Assembly: GCA_036149055.1 (NCBI GenBank)
Contig: JAYZQJ010000128.1
Span: forward strand, 32,001-96,000
DNA length: 64,000 bases
Reading direction: 5' to 3'
Source: Myxococcota bacterium
Lineage (GTDB): Bacteria; Myxococcota_A; Polyangia; Polyangiales; Sandaracinaceae
Positions 18,001 through 29,642 of the stretch are shown here, in pieces; positions within the stretch are counted from its first letter, which is position 1, and the number at the start of each line of letters is the position of its first letter. Both the position numbers and the translations under genes were made by a program. A model generated the notes under the pieces. The model was not told the DNA's origin and ran no database searches. It saw only the letters and a list, made by a program, of their open reading frames with translations.

Positions 18001-21000
18001 TCCGTGACGACCCTCGGACGGATCGACGCACGCCATCAGCCGCCGGCGCCGGGCGACGTCGAGCTCGGTCAGGAACAGCGCGCGGACGAGCCCGGCGCGG
18101 GCCGCCGGGTCCGCCACCGCGGCCAGGGGCTCGGTGATCGGGCAGCCGTCGCCCTCGCTCGCCTCGAGCGCGAGGCGCGCGGTCCAGAGCGCTCCCGTCC
18201 ACGACGGCTCGGCGGGCGCCTCTCCGCGCAGCGCCTCGCTCCCCCGCGGGCCGATGACGACGTCGGTGGGCCGGAAGGTCAGCTCGTAGACGCGCAGGGC
18301 TCGCCCCACCCAGCCGACGTCGGCGATCGGGCCGCCGCTGATCAGGGTGATCACCCGGGTGCCCACGGGGACGACGCTGAGGAAGATCGCGGTCGGCCCG
18401 CGGGTGAGCAGCACGCGACGGCCCTCGCCGATCGGGAGCGAGACCGGCGCGGTCCAGCGGTGCACGAAGCCCGCGCGGGTGAGCTGGGGCACGACCTGGT
18501 CGACGCAGCTGTCGGCCTCGCAGTCCGAGTGCCGCGGATCGAACGCGACGCGGGCGCGCACGTCGCCGCGGCTCGACCCCGTCCCGCCGTCGGCGGTCAG
18601 ACCGGACGTCAGCCAGACCTCGAGCCCCTGGGTCGCGTCGACGGCGCGGGTGCTCGTGGCGAGCTCCTCCGCGCTCAGCTGCACGGCCTCCATCTCCGCG
18701 GTGGCCGACTCCGGATCGGCGATCCACGGGGGCAGCTCCACCTCGGGCAGGAGGGTCGCGGTCTCGAGCCGCGGGTCGTCGGCGAAGTCCTCGCGCAGCG
18801 CGGCGAGCGCGCGGTCCACCTCCTCCTCGCCGAAGGTGGTCACCCAGATCGGCAGCGCGTAGAGCAGCGCGCTCGGCCGCGGCGCGCGGTCGTAGAGGTG
18901 ATGGAGCGCCCGCGCGGCCTCGACCGGCCGCCCGCCCTGCTCCTGCGCGAAGACCGCGCCGGCGAAGGTGGCGAGCCGCGCGTCGGGGTGCGCCTCGACG
19001 AGCGGCAGCACCGACTCGCGGGTGAACCCGCTCGCGCGCGCCCGGACGTACGCGTTGAGGCCGTCGCCGTCGATCTCGCCGGCCTCGAGGTCCTGGCGAG
19101 CCCAGGCGATCAGATCGCGGGCGAGGTAGGCGAGCGCCCGGGCCTGCTCGCGGTGGTCCTCGGAGGCCGGGAACGCGAGGGCGAGGTCGAGGTAGGCCTC
19201 GGCGAGCGGCAGATCCCCCTCGGCGAGGGCCAGCATCGATCGCTCGGTGGCGCGCTCGATGAAGTCGAGGTTGGCGGGCACCTGGGAGCGGACCGAGACG
19301 CCGCGGTAGGGCGTCTGCGAGACGTCCTCCGGCTCGATCTGCCAGGACTCGGTCGAGTGGGCGAGCTCGCGGAGACGCCAGACCGCCGCGCGATCGGGAT
19401 CGCCGCGCTCGCCGTGCCAGCGCCGGATCTGCCCGAGCAGGAAGACGTCCGAGGAGGCCTCGGCCGCGGGCTCGATCCGGGCGAAGAGCCGTGCGACGTC
19501 GATGCCCGCGGCGCGCGCGCGATCGGGGGCGTGGCGCACCACCCAGGTGAGCCTCGTCGACATCGACGCCGGGGGCGACGGGAGCCGCCAGGCGCGCCAG
19601 CACGGCTCCACCGCCTCGGCCGCGTCCCCGGCGAAGGCGACCTGGGAGCAGGTGAGCGGCTGCAGGCGCGGGTCGGCGTCGGCGTGCGCGACGAGCCACG
19701 CCGCGACGGCTTCGGTCTCGACCTCCGCGTCGACCCAGCGCTGGTAGAGGATCCAGGCGTGCGCCGGGAGGAGCGCCTCGCGCGCGAGGGCGAGCTCGGT
19801 CAGATAGCCGACGGAGCGGTGGTCGGGGTGGGCCTCGGCCAGCTCGCGGATCGGAGCCACGTCACCGGCCAGCCAGGCCAGCATCGCCCGGTCGGCGACG
19901 GCGACGGTGTCGCGCGGCGACGGCGGCACGAGGGCGAGCTTCTCCAGCGCCTCGCGCGCGCGCCTCGCGGCCAGGGTCGCGTCGGTGCTCTCGCCCACCC
20001 AGGCGAGCAGCTGGCGCTCCCAGCGGTAACGCGCGCGGGCGTGGAGCAGCGCCACCAGGCGCGGATCCGATTCGTGGTCGTACGCGTAGGCGTCGTCGAC
20101 CCGCGCGTGGAGCTCGGCCGCGCTCGAGGCCAGCCCGGCCGCGACGACGCGATCGGTCAGGGAGAGCCGGCCGGTGGCGTAGCGCACCCAGGGCGCCGCC
20201 GCGGCGGGGGTCGCGGCGGCGTCGAGCGAGGCTCGGATCGCGCCGACCCCGCGCCGGATCTGATCCGACCCCGGCCGACGCAGCGCGGCGGCGCGCTCGA
20301 GCCGGAGGGCCTCCTCCCCCGGCCCCGCGGCGCGGGCCGCGAAGTGGAGCGCCTCGGCCGAGCGAGGCGCGTGCGCCTGGAGCGCGGCCGTCCACCGCCG
20401 CTCGTCCTCGGCGTCGCCCCGCCGCGCCGCCGCGACGGCGAGGTGGCCCAGCGCGAGGGTGCGCGCGTCGCCCGACAGCGCGTCGACGACCTCCGCGAGG
20501 CCCCCGAGCTCGGCGGCGCGCCGGTAATGGCTCGCGCGCGAGGCCTCCAGGAGCCGGGCGAGCGGCGAGCCCTCGAGCGCGACCGCCTCGCCCGGGGTCC
20601 GCAGCTCGCCCTCCAGCGGCTCGGCCAACCCGAGGCGCTCGGCGTGCGCGGCCGGATCCTCGCCCGGCGCGAGGGCGGCGGCGAAGGCCGCCCGGGTGGT
20701 CCGCGAGAGGAGCGCGCCGCGCTCGCGGAGGATGCGCCGCGCCGCCTCCAGGTCGCCGTCGCGGATCGCGATCAGCGCGCTGGCCCGGACCCACTCGCCG
20801 CGCAGGGCCACCTCGGTCCCCGCGTAGCTGGCGAGCCAACGGCGCACCTCCGCGCGCTGGGTGTCCGGGGCGAAGGGGGCCTCCTGGATCGCGCTCACCG
20901 TCGCCGGGCCGCGCGCTCCGATCGTCTCCACGACGTCGGTGTCGGCGGGCCAGCCCCCGTAGAGCTGCTCGGTCAGCGCCTCGCGCGCCTCGCAGCGCTC

Positions 21001-22293
21001 CTCCGTCAGGCGGCGCGTCAGGCAGGTGGCGAGCGCCGGCGCGAGGTCCGGCCGCGACTCGGCGACGACGTCGAGGGCTCGGCGACGGAGCCCCGCGTCC
21101 GCCGCCGGATCGGCCACCACAGCGCGCACCGCGCGATACGGCGCGCCCCGTCCCCAGGCGTCGACCTGAGCGCGCGCCAGCTCCCGCAGGGTCTCGCGCG
21201 TCTCGTCCGACGCCCCCGCGAGGTCGTGGAGGTAGGAGACCAGCCGGTAGAGGAACGACGAGCGGGCCACCTCGCCCCGGTCCCGAGCGAGCGCGCGAAT
21301 CTCCGCCGGGCGGTCCGCGTGGAGCGCGCCGAGGGCGACGATCACCCGCGCCGCCAACCGCGTCTCGTCGTCCCGGGCCCGCGCTCGCGCCCGCTCCGCC
21401 AGCCGCGCGGCGTCGGGGTGCTGCCCGTAGAGGCTCGCGGCCCAGGCGCTCGCGAGGGTGAGGATCGGATCGTCCCGGCGGCCGCGGCGGGCCAGCTCGA
21501 GGTGCCCGACGTCCTCGAGATCGACGTTGCCGAGCGGCATGTGCAGGACCAGTTCGCGGGTCCGTGGCTCGGCCGCGAGGCGGAGCGCGATCCACGCCGG
21601 CACGTGCGCCGGGTCGAGCCGGTGCAGGGCGCGCGCCGCCTCCACCGCGCCCTCCAGGTCGCCGCTGGCGCGCGCGTGGTCGTAGCGTCCCCCGAGGGCT
21701 TGCGTCGCCCCCGCCCCCACCGAGGCGAGCGCCTCGATCGAGGGCCAGCGCGCCTCGTGGGTGACGTCCGGGCGCGATCTCCAGGCCCACGCGTGCGGCG
21801 GGAGCGCGGCCACCACGTGGTCGGGCGTGTCCACCAGGCGGCCGACGTCGCGCAGACGCCCCAGCCGGGCGATGGCGTCGCGGTAGGGCGCGAGGTCCGG
21901 CGCGTCGGCGAGCGCGTCCAGCGCGAGGCGGTCGTCGCTGGCCTCGGCCGCCATCGCGACGACCCAGCCCCGCGTCTCCTCCACGCGGGCCCGCGCCGCC
22001 GCGGACTCGGCCCCCCGCGCGGTCGCCAGGTCGGCGCGCGCCAGGCCCATCGCGAGGCGGAGGGTGCGGGTCGCCGCGTCGGGCTGCCCCAGGGCGAGCT
22101 CGAGCTCGGCGAGGCGGCGCAGCCGGGCGAGGTCGCGGACGGGTTCACCGACCAGATCGCCCCGGTGACCGAGCGCGAGACGGGCGCGGGTCTGGGCGTC
22201 GGTGACGGGCGGCAGCTCGGTGCGCAGCGCCACGAGGTGACTGGGGGCGCAGCCGGCGGCGGCGAGCGCGAGGAGACAGAGGAGCCGGTGCAT
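15064..22293 (-). CDS. Giant lipoprotein (2409 aa) with helical/TPR-like repeats and C-terminal transglutaminase-like domain
   Basis: Lipobox LAAAG-C; C-terminal GDCTEHA...HAWV...IDPT Cys-His-Asp triad; protein-like composition on this strand, not on the mirror ORF. Confidence 0.85.
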   Translation of the reverse strand: MHRLLCLLALAAAGCAPSHLVALRTELPPVTDAQTRARLALGHRGDLVGEPVRDLARLRRLAELELALGQPDAATRTLRLAMGLARADLATARGAESAAARARVEETRGWVVAMAAEASDDRLALDALADAPDLAPYRDAIARLGRLRDVGRLVDTPDHVVAALPPHAWAWRSRPDVTHEARWPSIEALASVGAGATQALGGRYDHARASGDLEGAVEAARALHRLDPAHVPAWIALRLAAEPRTRELVLHMPLGNVDLEDVGHLELARRGRRDDPILTLASAWAASLYGQHPDAARLAERARARARDDETRLAARVIVALGALHADRPAEIRALARDRGEVARSSFLYRLVSYLHDLAGASDETRETLRELARAQVDAWGRGAPYRAVRAVVADPAADAGLRRRALDVVAESRPDLAPALATCLTRRLTEERCEAREALTEQLYGGWPADTDVVETIGARGPATVSAIQEAPFAPDTQRAEVRRWLASYAGTEVALRGEWVRASALIAIRDGDLEAARRILRERGALLSRTTRAAFAAALAPGEDPAAHAERLGLAEPLEGELRTPGEAVALEGSPLARLLEASRASHYRRAAELGGLAEVVDALSGDARTLALGHLAVAAARRGDAEDERRWTAALQAHAPRSAEALHFAARAAGPGEEALRLERAAALRRPGSDQIRRGVGAIRASLDAAATPAAAAPWVRYATGRLSLTDRVVAAGLASSAAELHARVDDAYAYDHESDPRLVALLHARARYRWERQLLAWVGESTDATLAARRAREALEKLALVPPSPRDTVAVADRAMLAWLAGDVAPIRELAEAHPDHRSVGYLTELALAREALLPAHAWILYQRWVDAEVETEAVAAWLVAHADADPRLQPLTCSQVAFAGDAAEAVEPCWRAWRLPSPPASMSTRLTWVVRHAPDRARAAGIDVARLFARIEPAAEASSDVFLLGQIRRWHGERGDPDRAAVWRLRELAHSTESWQIEPEDVSQTPYRGVSVRSQVPANLDFIERATERSMLALAEGDLPLAEAYLDLALAFPASEDHREQARALAYLARDLIAWARQDLEAGEIDGDGLNAYVRARASGFTRESVLPLVEAHPDARLATFAGAVFAQEQGGRPVEAARALHHLYDRAPRPSALLYALPIWVTTFGEEEVDRALAALREDFADDPRLETATLLPEVELPPWIADPESATAEMEAVQLSAEELATSTRAVDATQGLEVWLTSGLTADGGTGSSRGDVRARVAFDPRHSDCEADSCVDQVVPQLTRAGFVHRWTAPVSLPIGEGRRVLLTRGPTAIFLSVVPVGTRVITLISGGPIADVGWVGRALRVYELTFRPTDVVIGPRGSEALRGEAPAEPSWTGALWTARLALEASEGDGCPITEPLAAVADPAARAGLVRALFLTELDVARRRRLMACVDPSEGRHGALGLAATLDPDPRIHDLGVAAVRADAETAEALVTAIAELPPERAASGTGRMETRLPPMGLVEMIGALPPAQRVSVTSALLGHAEERVRALAFASNYAVGDTVPRERMREIVRTGRPEDAMHALHSFYQSFEPEDVTALRARFDAITDYGQDADRRLTQTLSWLLARELDPDDLPRLQRAFDATDGSEDPALRALHNRLDWNLTALRHALGRERSENSRVQRIAEDWRAAQPVRHRARLSRSLVQRMATAPLPEVLPGGHWTYTRVPQPGLFLATLQQLHDRLRSGSAMDTAIARRSIAMMVENMGGELLGPDGGLDLERPVECARSDRFPPSWVCTAYVRDRDRVREILARRPFGTNSGVALQLEVSSLAASLPSIAGALPSAVDAMLHPPAPEEPSGVPPRGGVLAQERSRGVVDLGGVTFERFATFQVREGGDGSIDTEHYLFTGDRVMFFGLETMARALLGRPLPRSRTLAGDRTFRRLTRDWSEGAVLQMANVDVELDESVPMPWSEVSLEMVADGAGITTQITLPAEDEALADVSDLAARLPDGAVARIALAIDAGTAAGLATPYDRGDEPLRPPYPLLSRAEGFAFGWYPTVGEGLWDRWVAAVRAGEEMEAAFGDAEIPYPADGQLVTHEGLRYARRGALLVVGTHEADVVATRDRAPGATEPRVASGSLDGARASAMVLGLAGALSADDRRRNGLGFLGAMVGLGRELSFEATVERDTVRVVTRALPNLAEEGDTRLVIDRALESPRNAIALPRRVRDAEQDRALTLVIETSDPELVAARLFGRRRRVSARVVGPRRLEVTVATEAEPASLSDDERTRLLHADPILDLRAASITEAAAALAPADASPAEVAAAVSRFVSERLRYELTSENLDASTILARGRGDCTEHARLAVALLRSRGIPATERDGFAIAARELVAHAWVTYHDGERFREIDPTGGLSTVAGAHVPMSVTDAMALIGMDDLRVVEVRAE

Positions 22294-22355
22294 CGGAGCC
22301 GAGGAGCCTTGCGCAGCACAGCGCAGGAAGCAAACCTCGCTTCAGCCCCCGCAGG

Positions 22356-23225
22356 TCACAGCCCGCGATGACGCTCGTCGCGCAGCGGGATGTCTCCGCG
22401 CAGCGCCGCGTCGATCACCGACACGATGCGCTCCCGGTCGCGCGGCAGCCGGCCACCGAGCGGGAGGTAGTTGCTCGCGTGGTTGGTGCGAAACACCGCG
22501 TCGGTGGGGCGCGCCAGGTCGACCATGGTGCGCAGCTCGCGGAGCAGCGCGGGCACCGCCGGGACCTCGAACTTGCCGCGCGCCCGCAACGTGGCGAGCG
22601 GCGTGCCGGGGACCACGGTGACGGTGAGCGCGGCGAAGTAGGCCGGGTCCATCTCGGTGACGAGCCGGGCGGTGGCCTCGGCGTGGGCCTCGGCGCGCTC
22701 GGGCGCGATGCCGAGGAGCGCGATCACGCTGAGCTTCATGCCGGCCGCGTGCGCGCGCCGCGCCGCCTCGACGTGGCCCTCGAAGGTGTCGCCCTTGGCG
22801 ATGCGCTTGAGCGTGACGTCGTCGCCCGACTCGGGGCCGATGTAGAGCGTGGTCAGGCCGTGCTCGCGCAGGGTGCGCAGCTCGTCGTCGGTCTTGCCGG
22901 CGACGTTGCGGGCCATCGCGTAGCAGCTCACCCGCCGGAGGCGCGGGAAGCGCGCACGCGCCCGCTCCAGGATCGGCAGCCAGTGATCCATCGGCATGAT
23001 GAGCGCGTCGCCGTCGGCGACGAAGAGCTTCTCGATCCGATCGCCGGCCGCGTCGGCCGCCGCGTCGAGGTCCTCGAGGCTCTCCTCGAGCGGCCGGAGC
23101 GCGAACTCCTTGTCGCGGTACATGTCGCAGTAGGTGCAGTGGTTCCACGAGCACCCGATCGTCGCCTGGAGGATGTAGGCGTCGGCCTCGGACGGCGGGC
23201 GGTAGATGCGACCCTGGTAACGCAC
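22356..23225 (-). CDS. Radical SAM protein
   Basis: Probable GTG start at VRYQGRIYRPPSEA; GCSWNHCTYC; YIGPESG; FRTNHASNY. Confidence 0.9.
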   Translation of the reverse strand: MRYQGRIYRPPSEADAYILQATIGCSWNHCTYCDMYRDKEFALRPLEESLEDLDAAADAAGDRIEKLFVADGDALIMPMDHWLPILERARARFPRLRRVSCYAMARNVAGKTDDELRTLREHGLTTLYIGPESGDDVTLKRIAKGDTFEGHVEAARRAHAAGMKLSVIALLGIAPERAEAHAEATARLVTEMDPAYFAALTVTVVPGTPLATLRARGKFEVPAVPALLRELRTMVDLARPTDAVFRTNHASNYLPLGGRLPRDRERIVSVIDAALRGDIPLRDERHRGL

Positions 23226-23308
23226 GGCCCCCGGGATGTCGCGTCCGGCGGCGACGTGCAAGGGCGCGGGGCGCGGATTACCCTCCGCGGCCTGTGCACC
23301 ACCACGCA

Positions 23309-25021
23309 GTGAACCAGGACGCAGTGATCTGTGGCGGCGGGCTCGCGGGGCTCACCCTCGCCCGTCAGCTCCGTAGGCAGCTCCCGGAGATCTCCGTCGC
23401 CGTCGTCGACCGTCAGGCGCGGCCGCTCCCGGAGGCGACCCACAAGGTCGGCGAGTCCAGCGTCGAGCTGGGCAGCCGCTACTTCGAGCACACCCTCGGC
23501 CTGCGCGAGTACCTGCTCGAGCAGCACCTGGTGAAGAACGGGCTCCGCTTCTTCCCGGGCGGCGGTCACCTCCCGCTCGCGGCCCGCACGGAGCTCGGTC
23601 CGCCGCAGCTCCCGGTGGTGCCCTCGTTCCAGCTCGACCGCGGCCGCCTCGAGAACGACCTGCGCGGCTTCTGCGAGGCCGACGGGGTCACCCTGATCGA
23701 GGGCGTCGGGGTGAAGGACATCCGGCTCGGGGACCCCCACGAGGTGGAGCTCGAGGACGGACGGGTCCTGTCGGCGCGTTGGGTGATCGACGCGACCGGC
23801 CGGCGGCGCATGCTCTCGCGCAAGCTCGGGCTCGGCCGGGACAGCGGCCATCACGCGCACGCCGCGTGGTTCCGGCTCGACGGCCGGCTCGACGTCGGCG
23901 ACCTGGTGCCGGAGGAGGAGTCCGCCTGGCACGGGCGCGACCTCGACCGCATCCGCTGGCTCTCGACCACCCACCTGATGGGCGAGGGCTACTGGGCGTG
24001 GATCATCCCGCTCTCGAGCGGCAAGACCAGCATCGGCGTCGTCGCGCACGGCGAGACGCACGGCTTCGAGACCCTGAACACCCTCGAGCGCGCGCTCGGG
24101 TGGCTCGCCACGCACGAGCCGGTGCTGCGCGAGAAGATCGACCGCTTCGAGGTCGCCGACTTCCGCTGCCTCAAGGACTACAGCTACACCTCGGAGCGCT
24201 GCCTCTCGGCCGAGCGCTGGGCCGCGGTCGGAGAGGCCGGCCTCTTCGTCGACCCCTTCTACAGCCCGGGCTCCGACTTCATCGCGCTCGCCAACGTGCA
24301 CACCGGCGAGCTGATCCGCCGCGACCTCGCGGGCGAGGACATCGCGGCGCACGCCGAGTTCGTCGACTGGTTCTACCGCCGGCTCGCCGCGATCTCGACC
24401 GAGACCTACGCCCACGCCGCGAAGGCCTACGGGCAGCCGCGGGTGATGGCGGCCAAGATCTACTGGGACAACTTCAATTACTGGTCCTTCGTCTGCCAGT
24501 ACTTCTTCCAGTCGATCTGGGCGCTCGACCTCGAGGGCCAGCGCCGCTTCGTCGACGTCGCCCAGCGCTTCGCGTCGCTCAACATCCGCGCCCAGCGCTT
24601 CTTCGCCGCGTGGGCCGCCCGCGCCGACGACGCCCCCGACGGCAAGAACGTCATCCTGCCGCCGATCCCGTCGATGCTCGCCAACCTCCACCTCGACCTC
24701 GAGCTGGAGATGACCCCGGACGAGACGCTCGCCTACATGAACGAGAAGGCGGCGCTCGCCGAGGAGCTGCTGACCGATCTCCTCCTGCGCGCCGCCGCCG
24801 AGGTCGGCCCCGAGGTCGTCGACGCCGCCGGCGCCCGGGACTGGCCCCTCGCCGGCCTCGACGCCCGGGTCGCCGCCGAGGACGGCCCCAAGCGCGGCCG
24901 CCGCCGCCGCCTCAGCAAGCTCGCCCGCGACGTCGAGCGCTGCCTCGGCCCGGCCGAGGGCTCCGTGCTCGAGGCCGGCCGCCGACTTCTCCCGCAGCGT
25001 CCCCTCGCCACCGCGCCGTGA
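23309..25021 (+). CDS. Flavin-dependent halogenase-like FAD oxidoreductase
   Basis: GGGLAG, KVGES, DATGR, WAWIIPL (WxWxIP), FVDPFYSPG. Confidence 0.82.
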   Translation: MNQDAVICGGGLAGLTLARQLRRQLPEISVAVVDRQARPLPEATHKVGESSVELGSRYFEHTLGLREYLLEQHLVKNGLRFFPGGGHLPLAARTELGPPQLPVVPSFQLDRGRLENDLRGFCEADGVTLIEGVGVKDIRLGDPHEVELEDGRVLSARWVIDATGRRRMLSRKLGLGRDSGHHAHAAWFRLDGRLDVGDLVPEEESAWHGRDLDRIRWLSTTHLMGEGYWAWIIPLSSGKTSIGVVAHGETHGFETLNTLERALGWLATHEPVLREKIDRFEVADFRCLKDYSYTSERCLSAERWAAVGEAGLFVDPFYSPGSDFIALANVHTGELIRRDLAGEDIAAHAEFVDWFYRRLAAISTETYAHAAKAYGQPRVMAAKIYWDNFNYWSFVCQYFFQSIWALDLEGQRRFVDVAQRFASLNIRAQRFFAAWAARADDAPDGKNVILPPIPSMLANLHLDLELEMTPDETLAYMNEKAALAEELLTDLLLRAAAEVGPEVVDAAGARDWPLAGLDARVAAEDGPKRGRRRRLSKLARDVERCLGPAEGSVLEAGRRLLPQRPLATAP

Positions 25022-25039
25022 TTCCGTCGAGCGGGGTCC

Positions 25040-25507
25040 TCAGAACCGCCCGCCGGCCCGCAGCATCACCGCGTGCCGGGTCACCACGGGCTGGACGTCG
25101 ACCGTCCCGCGTTCGCTCCCCAGCGCGACCGCGGCGATCAAGAGCCCCAAGCCGGTCGCCTGCGCAAGGCCCGTGGCGATCAGATACGCCGGCCAGGTGT
25201 CGCCCTCGCTCGGCAACACGGCCAGCTGAATCCAAGGCCCGGCCACCGGCGCGACCCCGGCCCATCGAAACGAGGTCCACTCGGGGCGATCGCAGTCCAG
25301 GTTCGCGAGCGGGACCGCTCGGCACCCCGCGAAGACGCCGGCCACCATCGTCGAGATCCAGGCGACCCCGAGCACCGGCCCTCCGGCGACGGCGAGGTGC
25401 GCCGGGGTGTGATCTGGCGCGGCTGCCGCCGACGTCGGTCGGTCGTCCGCGCGTGCGTGGGGCGAGGAGAGCAGCAGGAGGGTGACGGCGAGCGGGAGGA
25501 GGCGCAT
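25040..25507 (-). CDS. Hypothetical secreted/membrane protein
   Basis: Signal peptide MRLLPLAVTLLLLSSPHARA; hydrophobic segments; PVAGPW motif; C-terminal GGRF. Confidence 0.65.
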   Translation of the reverse strand: MRLLPLAVTLLLLSSPHARADDRPTSAAAAPDHTPAHLAVAGGPVLGVAWISTMVAGVFAGCRAVPLANLDCDRPEWTSFRWAGVAPVAGPWIQLAVLPSEGDTWPAYLIATGLAQATGLGLLIAAVALGSERGTVDVQPVVTRHAVMLRAGGRF

Positions 25508-25628
25508 CGCCGGCGCTGGAGCAGGACGCGGGCCAAGCATCGGAGCCGCACCGGGCGAGCCCCGAGCGTGCCCGATCCGCCACGCGGCGTGAGATCCGTT
25601 CACACGCGGCGCCTGCTAGGATCCGCCG

Positions 25629-28549
25629 ATGCGGTGGTTCTTGGCTTGCCTCGCGGCGCTCGCCGTCGGCTGCGAGAGCGGGTGCCTCGATGGTGAAGAG
25701 GGGTGCGTGATCGCCTCGCCCTGCGCGGAGCTCGCCTTCGAGTGCGACGCGCCGCGGGTGGAGGTCCGGATCCTCGAGGCGGGGGATCCGATCCCGGGCG
25801 GGATCGACGCGCTCGCGGCGCCCGGCGACGTGATCCTGACCAACGGCGTGGCGACGGCGGTGATCGACGCGATCGATCACCCGCACTACGTCGCGCCGAC
25901 CGGCGGCAACCTGCTGGACCTGGTCAGCGCGAGCGGCGACGACGACTCGCTCACGCACGTGTTCCAGGCGGTGGGGCTCCTGCCCGAGGACTCGTTCGCC
26001 TACGAGCGGCTGACGATCGAGCGCGGTGACATCGAGCGCGGTGACGGGGTGGCGGCGGTGCAGGTGGTCGGCGCGCTCGCGGGCTGGCCCGACGTGCGGG
26101 TCGCGACCCGCTACGAGATGCGCCCCTGCGAGCCGGGGATCCGGGTGCGCACCGAGATGCGACACGCCGGGCCGGAGCCGCGCAGCTGGGCGCTGGTCGA
26201 CGCCTGGTACTGGAGCGGGCGCGAGGCGGTGCCCTTCGCGCCGGGGCGCGGCTTCGACCAGCCGGGCATCGTCTCGCCGGTGCACGAGTCGTGGGAGGCG
26301 CAGCCCTGGTTCGCCGCCGCCGCGCACGCCACGCCCGCCGCGAGCTACGTGGAGATCGCCTGCGACGAGCGCGAGCTCTTCGGCTTCCACTCGGAGCAGA
26401 TCACCGGCGTGGGGCGCGCGCCGCGGGTCGCGCAGCCGGGCACGGTGGAGGTCTTCGAGCGCTTCATCGGCGTGGCGCCCGGCCGCTCGATCGCGCCCGC
26501 CTCGGACATCGCCGCCGCCGTCCGCACCCAGGCACACGACGAGCGCTACGTCACCCTGAGCGGCGTCGTCGAGGGCGACGGGCTGGGCGACGAGGCGCGC
26601 GCGACCCTGCAGATCGCCCGCGGCGGCGAGCCCTACACCCAGATCACGCCCGACGCGGAGGGGCGGTGGTCGGCGCGGGTGCCGCACCGGGGCGAGTACA
26701 TGGTGCGCCTCGAGGCGTTCGGCCGCCCGGTGGACGAGGCGACGCTGACGCTGACCGGCGAGGACGCGGTCGCGCCGACGCTCACCGCCGCGCCCGCCGC
26801 CTCGCTGACGCTCGCGGTGACGGTCGACGGAGCGGCCGACCACGCGCAGGTGCTGCTCTACCCGGCCGACGACGCGACCGAGGACGCGGTGGTCGCGAAG
26901 CTGTTCGACTCCTTCACCGACTGCGCGCCGCTCCTCGGGGCGCCGCACGGCGGCTCGCCGGCGTGCAACCGGGTGCTGGTGCGCGAGCCGGTGACGGTGC
27001 GCCTGCCCGCGGGCCGCTACGACCTGTTCGCGACCGGCGGCCCGTTCGTCAGCGTGGCCCGGGAGACGGTGACCCTCGGCGAGGGCGAGGCGCGCGAGGT
27101 GACGCTCGCGATCGAGCGGCTCGACGCGCAGCCCGCCGGCACGCTCGGCAGCGACTTCCACGTGCACGGCGGCGCGAGCTTCGACTCGACGGTCCCCGAC
27201 TTCGACCGCGTGCAGGCGTTCCTCGCCGCCAACGTCGACGTGATCGTCGCCACCGATCACGACGTCGTCTGGGACTACGCGGACGCGCGCGAGGCGCTCG
27301 GCGCCGACGACCGGATGCAGATCCTCGTGGGGCTCGAGACGACCGGGCACGTGCTCTTCGATCTCACGCCGGGCAACGACATCCCGCAGGTCATCGGGCA
27401 CTGGAACGTCTGGCCGCTCGCCTTCGAGCCGTCCGGGCCGTACCGCGGCGCGCCCTGGGACGAGCTGGTCGAGCCGGGGGCGCTCTTCGATCGCTTCGTC
27501 GAGGCCGGCTGGCCGCGCGAGACCGGGATCATCCAGCTCAACCACCCGTGGGCCGCCGCGCAGTTCGGGCGCGACCTCGGCTTCCCGCGCGCGGTCGGCG
27601 TCGACGCGCGCGAGCCGCTGCCGACCGAGTTCGACGGCACCGGGCAGTCGATGATCCTGCGGACCCCGCCGGGCGCGAGCTTCGGCAACGCCGACTACCA
27701 CGCGCAGGAGGTGATGAACGGGACCGAGAACGAGGACCTGCTCCCGTACCGGGCCTACTGGTTCTACCTGCTCGATCAAGGCATCTTGCGCGCGGGCACC
27801 GCCAACAGCGACTCGCACGGCCTGGTCGACAACGTGCTCGGCACGCCGCGCACCCTGGTCTACACGGACGTGACGCTCGACGCGTTCGACGAGGAGGCCT
27901 TCCACGCCGCCATCCGGGCCGGGCGCATGACGGGCACGAACGGCCCGGTGATCGAGGCGTCGATCGGCGCGCGCGGCCCCTCGCTCGAGCCGTTCACCCC
28001 GGAGGCGGGCGCGGCGCTCTCGATCCGGGTGAGCGCGGCCGCGTGGGTGCCGGTCGACGAGATCCGGATCGTGGTGAACGGGGAGGTCGCGCGCACCCTG
28101 GCGGCCGAGCTGACCCACCCCGCCGACCCGCTCGCCCCCGAGGTGGTCACGCGCTTCGAGGGAGAGATCGCCCTGAGCGAGCTGGTCCCGGGCGGCGAGG
28201 ACGCGTGGATCGTGGTCGAGGCGGGCGCGCCGCTGCCGCTCAGCGGAGACCTGGACTGCGACGGGATCCCCGACACCAGCGACAACACCGGCGACGGCGT
28301 GGTCGACTGGCGCGACGTGGACCGCAACGACGACGACGTGGTCGACGCGCTCGACCTCGAGGAGGGCGAGCCCGACGCCTGCGACCCGGACCAGGAGCTC
28401 GGGCCGATCGGCCACGCGGCCCGGCCGGACCGGGGCAGCGCGGCCTACGTGTTCTGGGCGGTGACCCCGGGCGGGTACCCGGCGGCGTTCACCAACCCGA
28501 TGGTGATCGACTGGGGCGGGGACGGGTTCGACGCGCCGGGGGTGCGGCG

Positions 28550-28553
<4 letters not shown>
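25629..28553 (+). CDS. CehA/McbA-family PHP metallohydrolase lipoprotein
   Basis: Lipobox LAVG-C; DFHVH, ATDHD, QLNHPW, ANSDSH, AFTNP; three DxDxDG-like motifs near the C-terminus. Confidence 0.85.
26016..26045. repeat. Perfect in-frame 15-bp tandem duplication (IERGD x2)
   Basis: atcgagcgcggtgac twice. Confidence 0.9.
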
Positions 28554-29622
<1,069 letters not shown>

Positions 29623-29623
<1 letters not shown>

Positions 29624-29640
29624 GCCGGGCGGCTTTTTTT
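29623..29640 (+). terminator. Possible intrinsic terminator
   Basis: Short stem AGCC-GGGC-GGCT followed by a T run right after the stop; the stem is weak. Confidence 0.45.
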
Positions 29641-29642
29641 AC

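Noticed and set aside
15142..22371. 2409-aa plus-strand ORF mirroring the giant lipoprotein
   Set aside because: Antisense shadow frame caused by high GC; no motifs, whereas the minus strand has a lipobox and a catalytic triad.
22356..25021. Complete secondary-metabolite or RiPP cluster
   Set aside because: No precursor peptide, PKS/NRPS or dedicated exporter adjacent.
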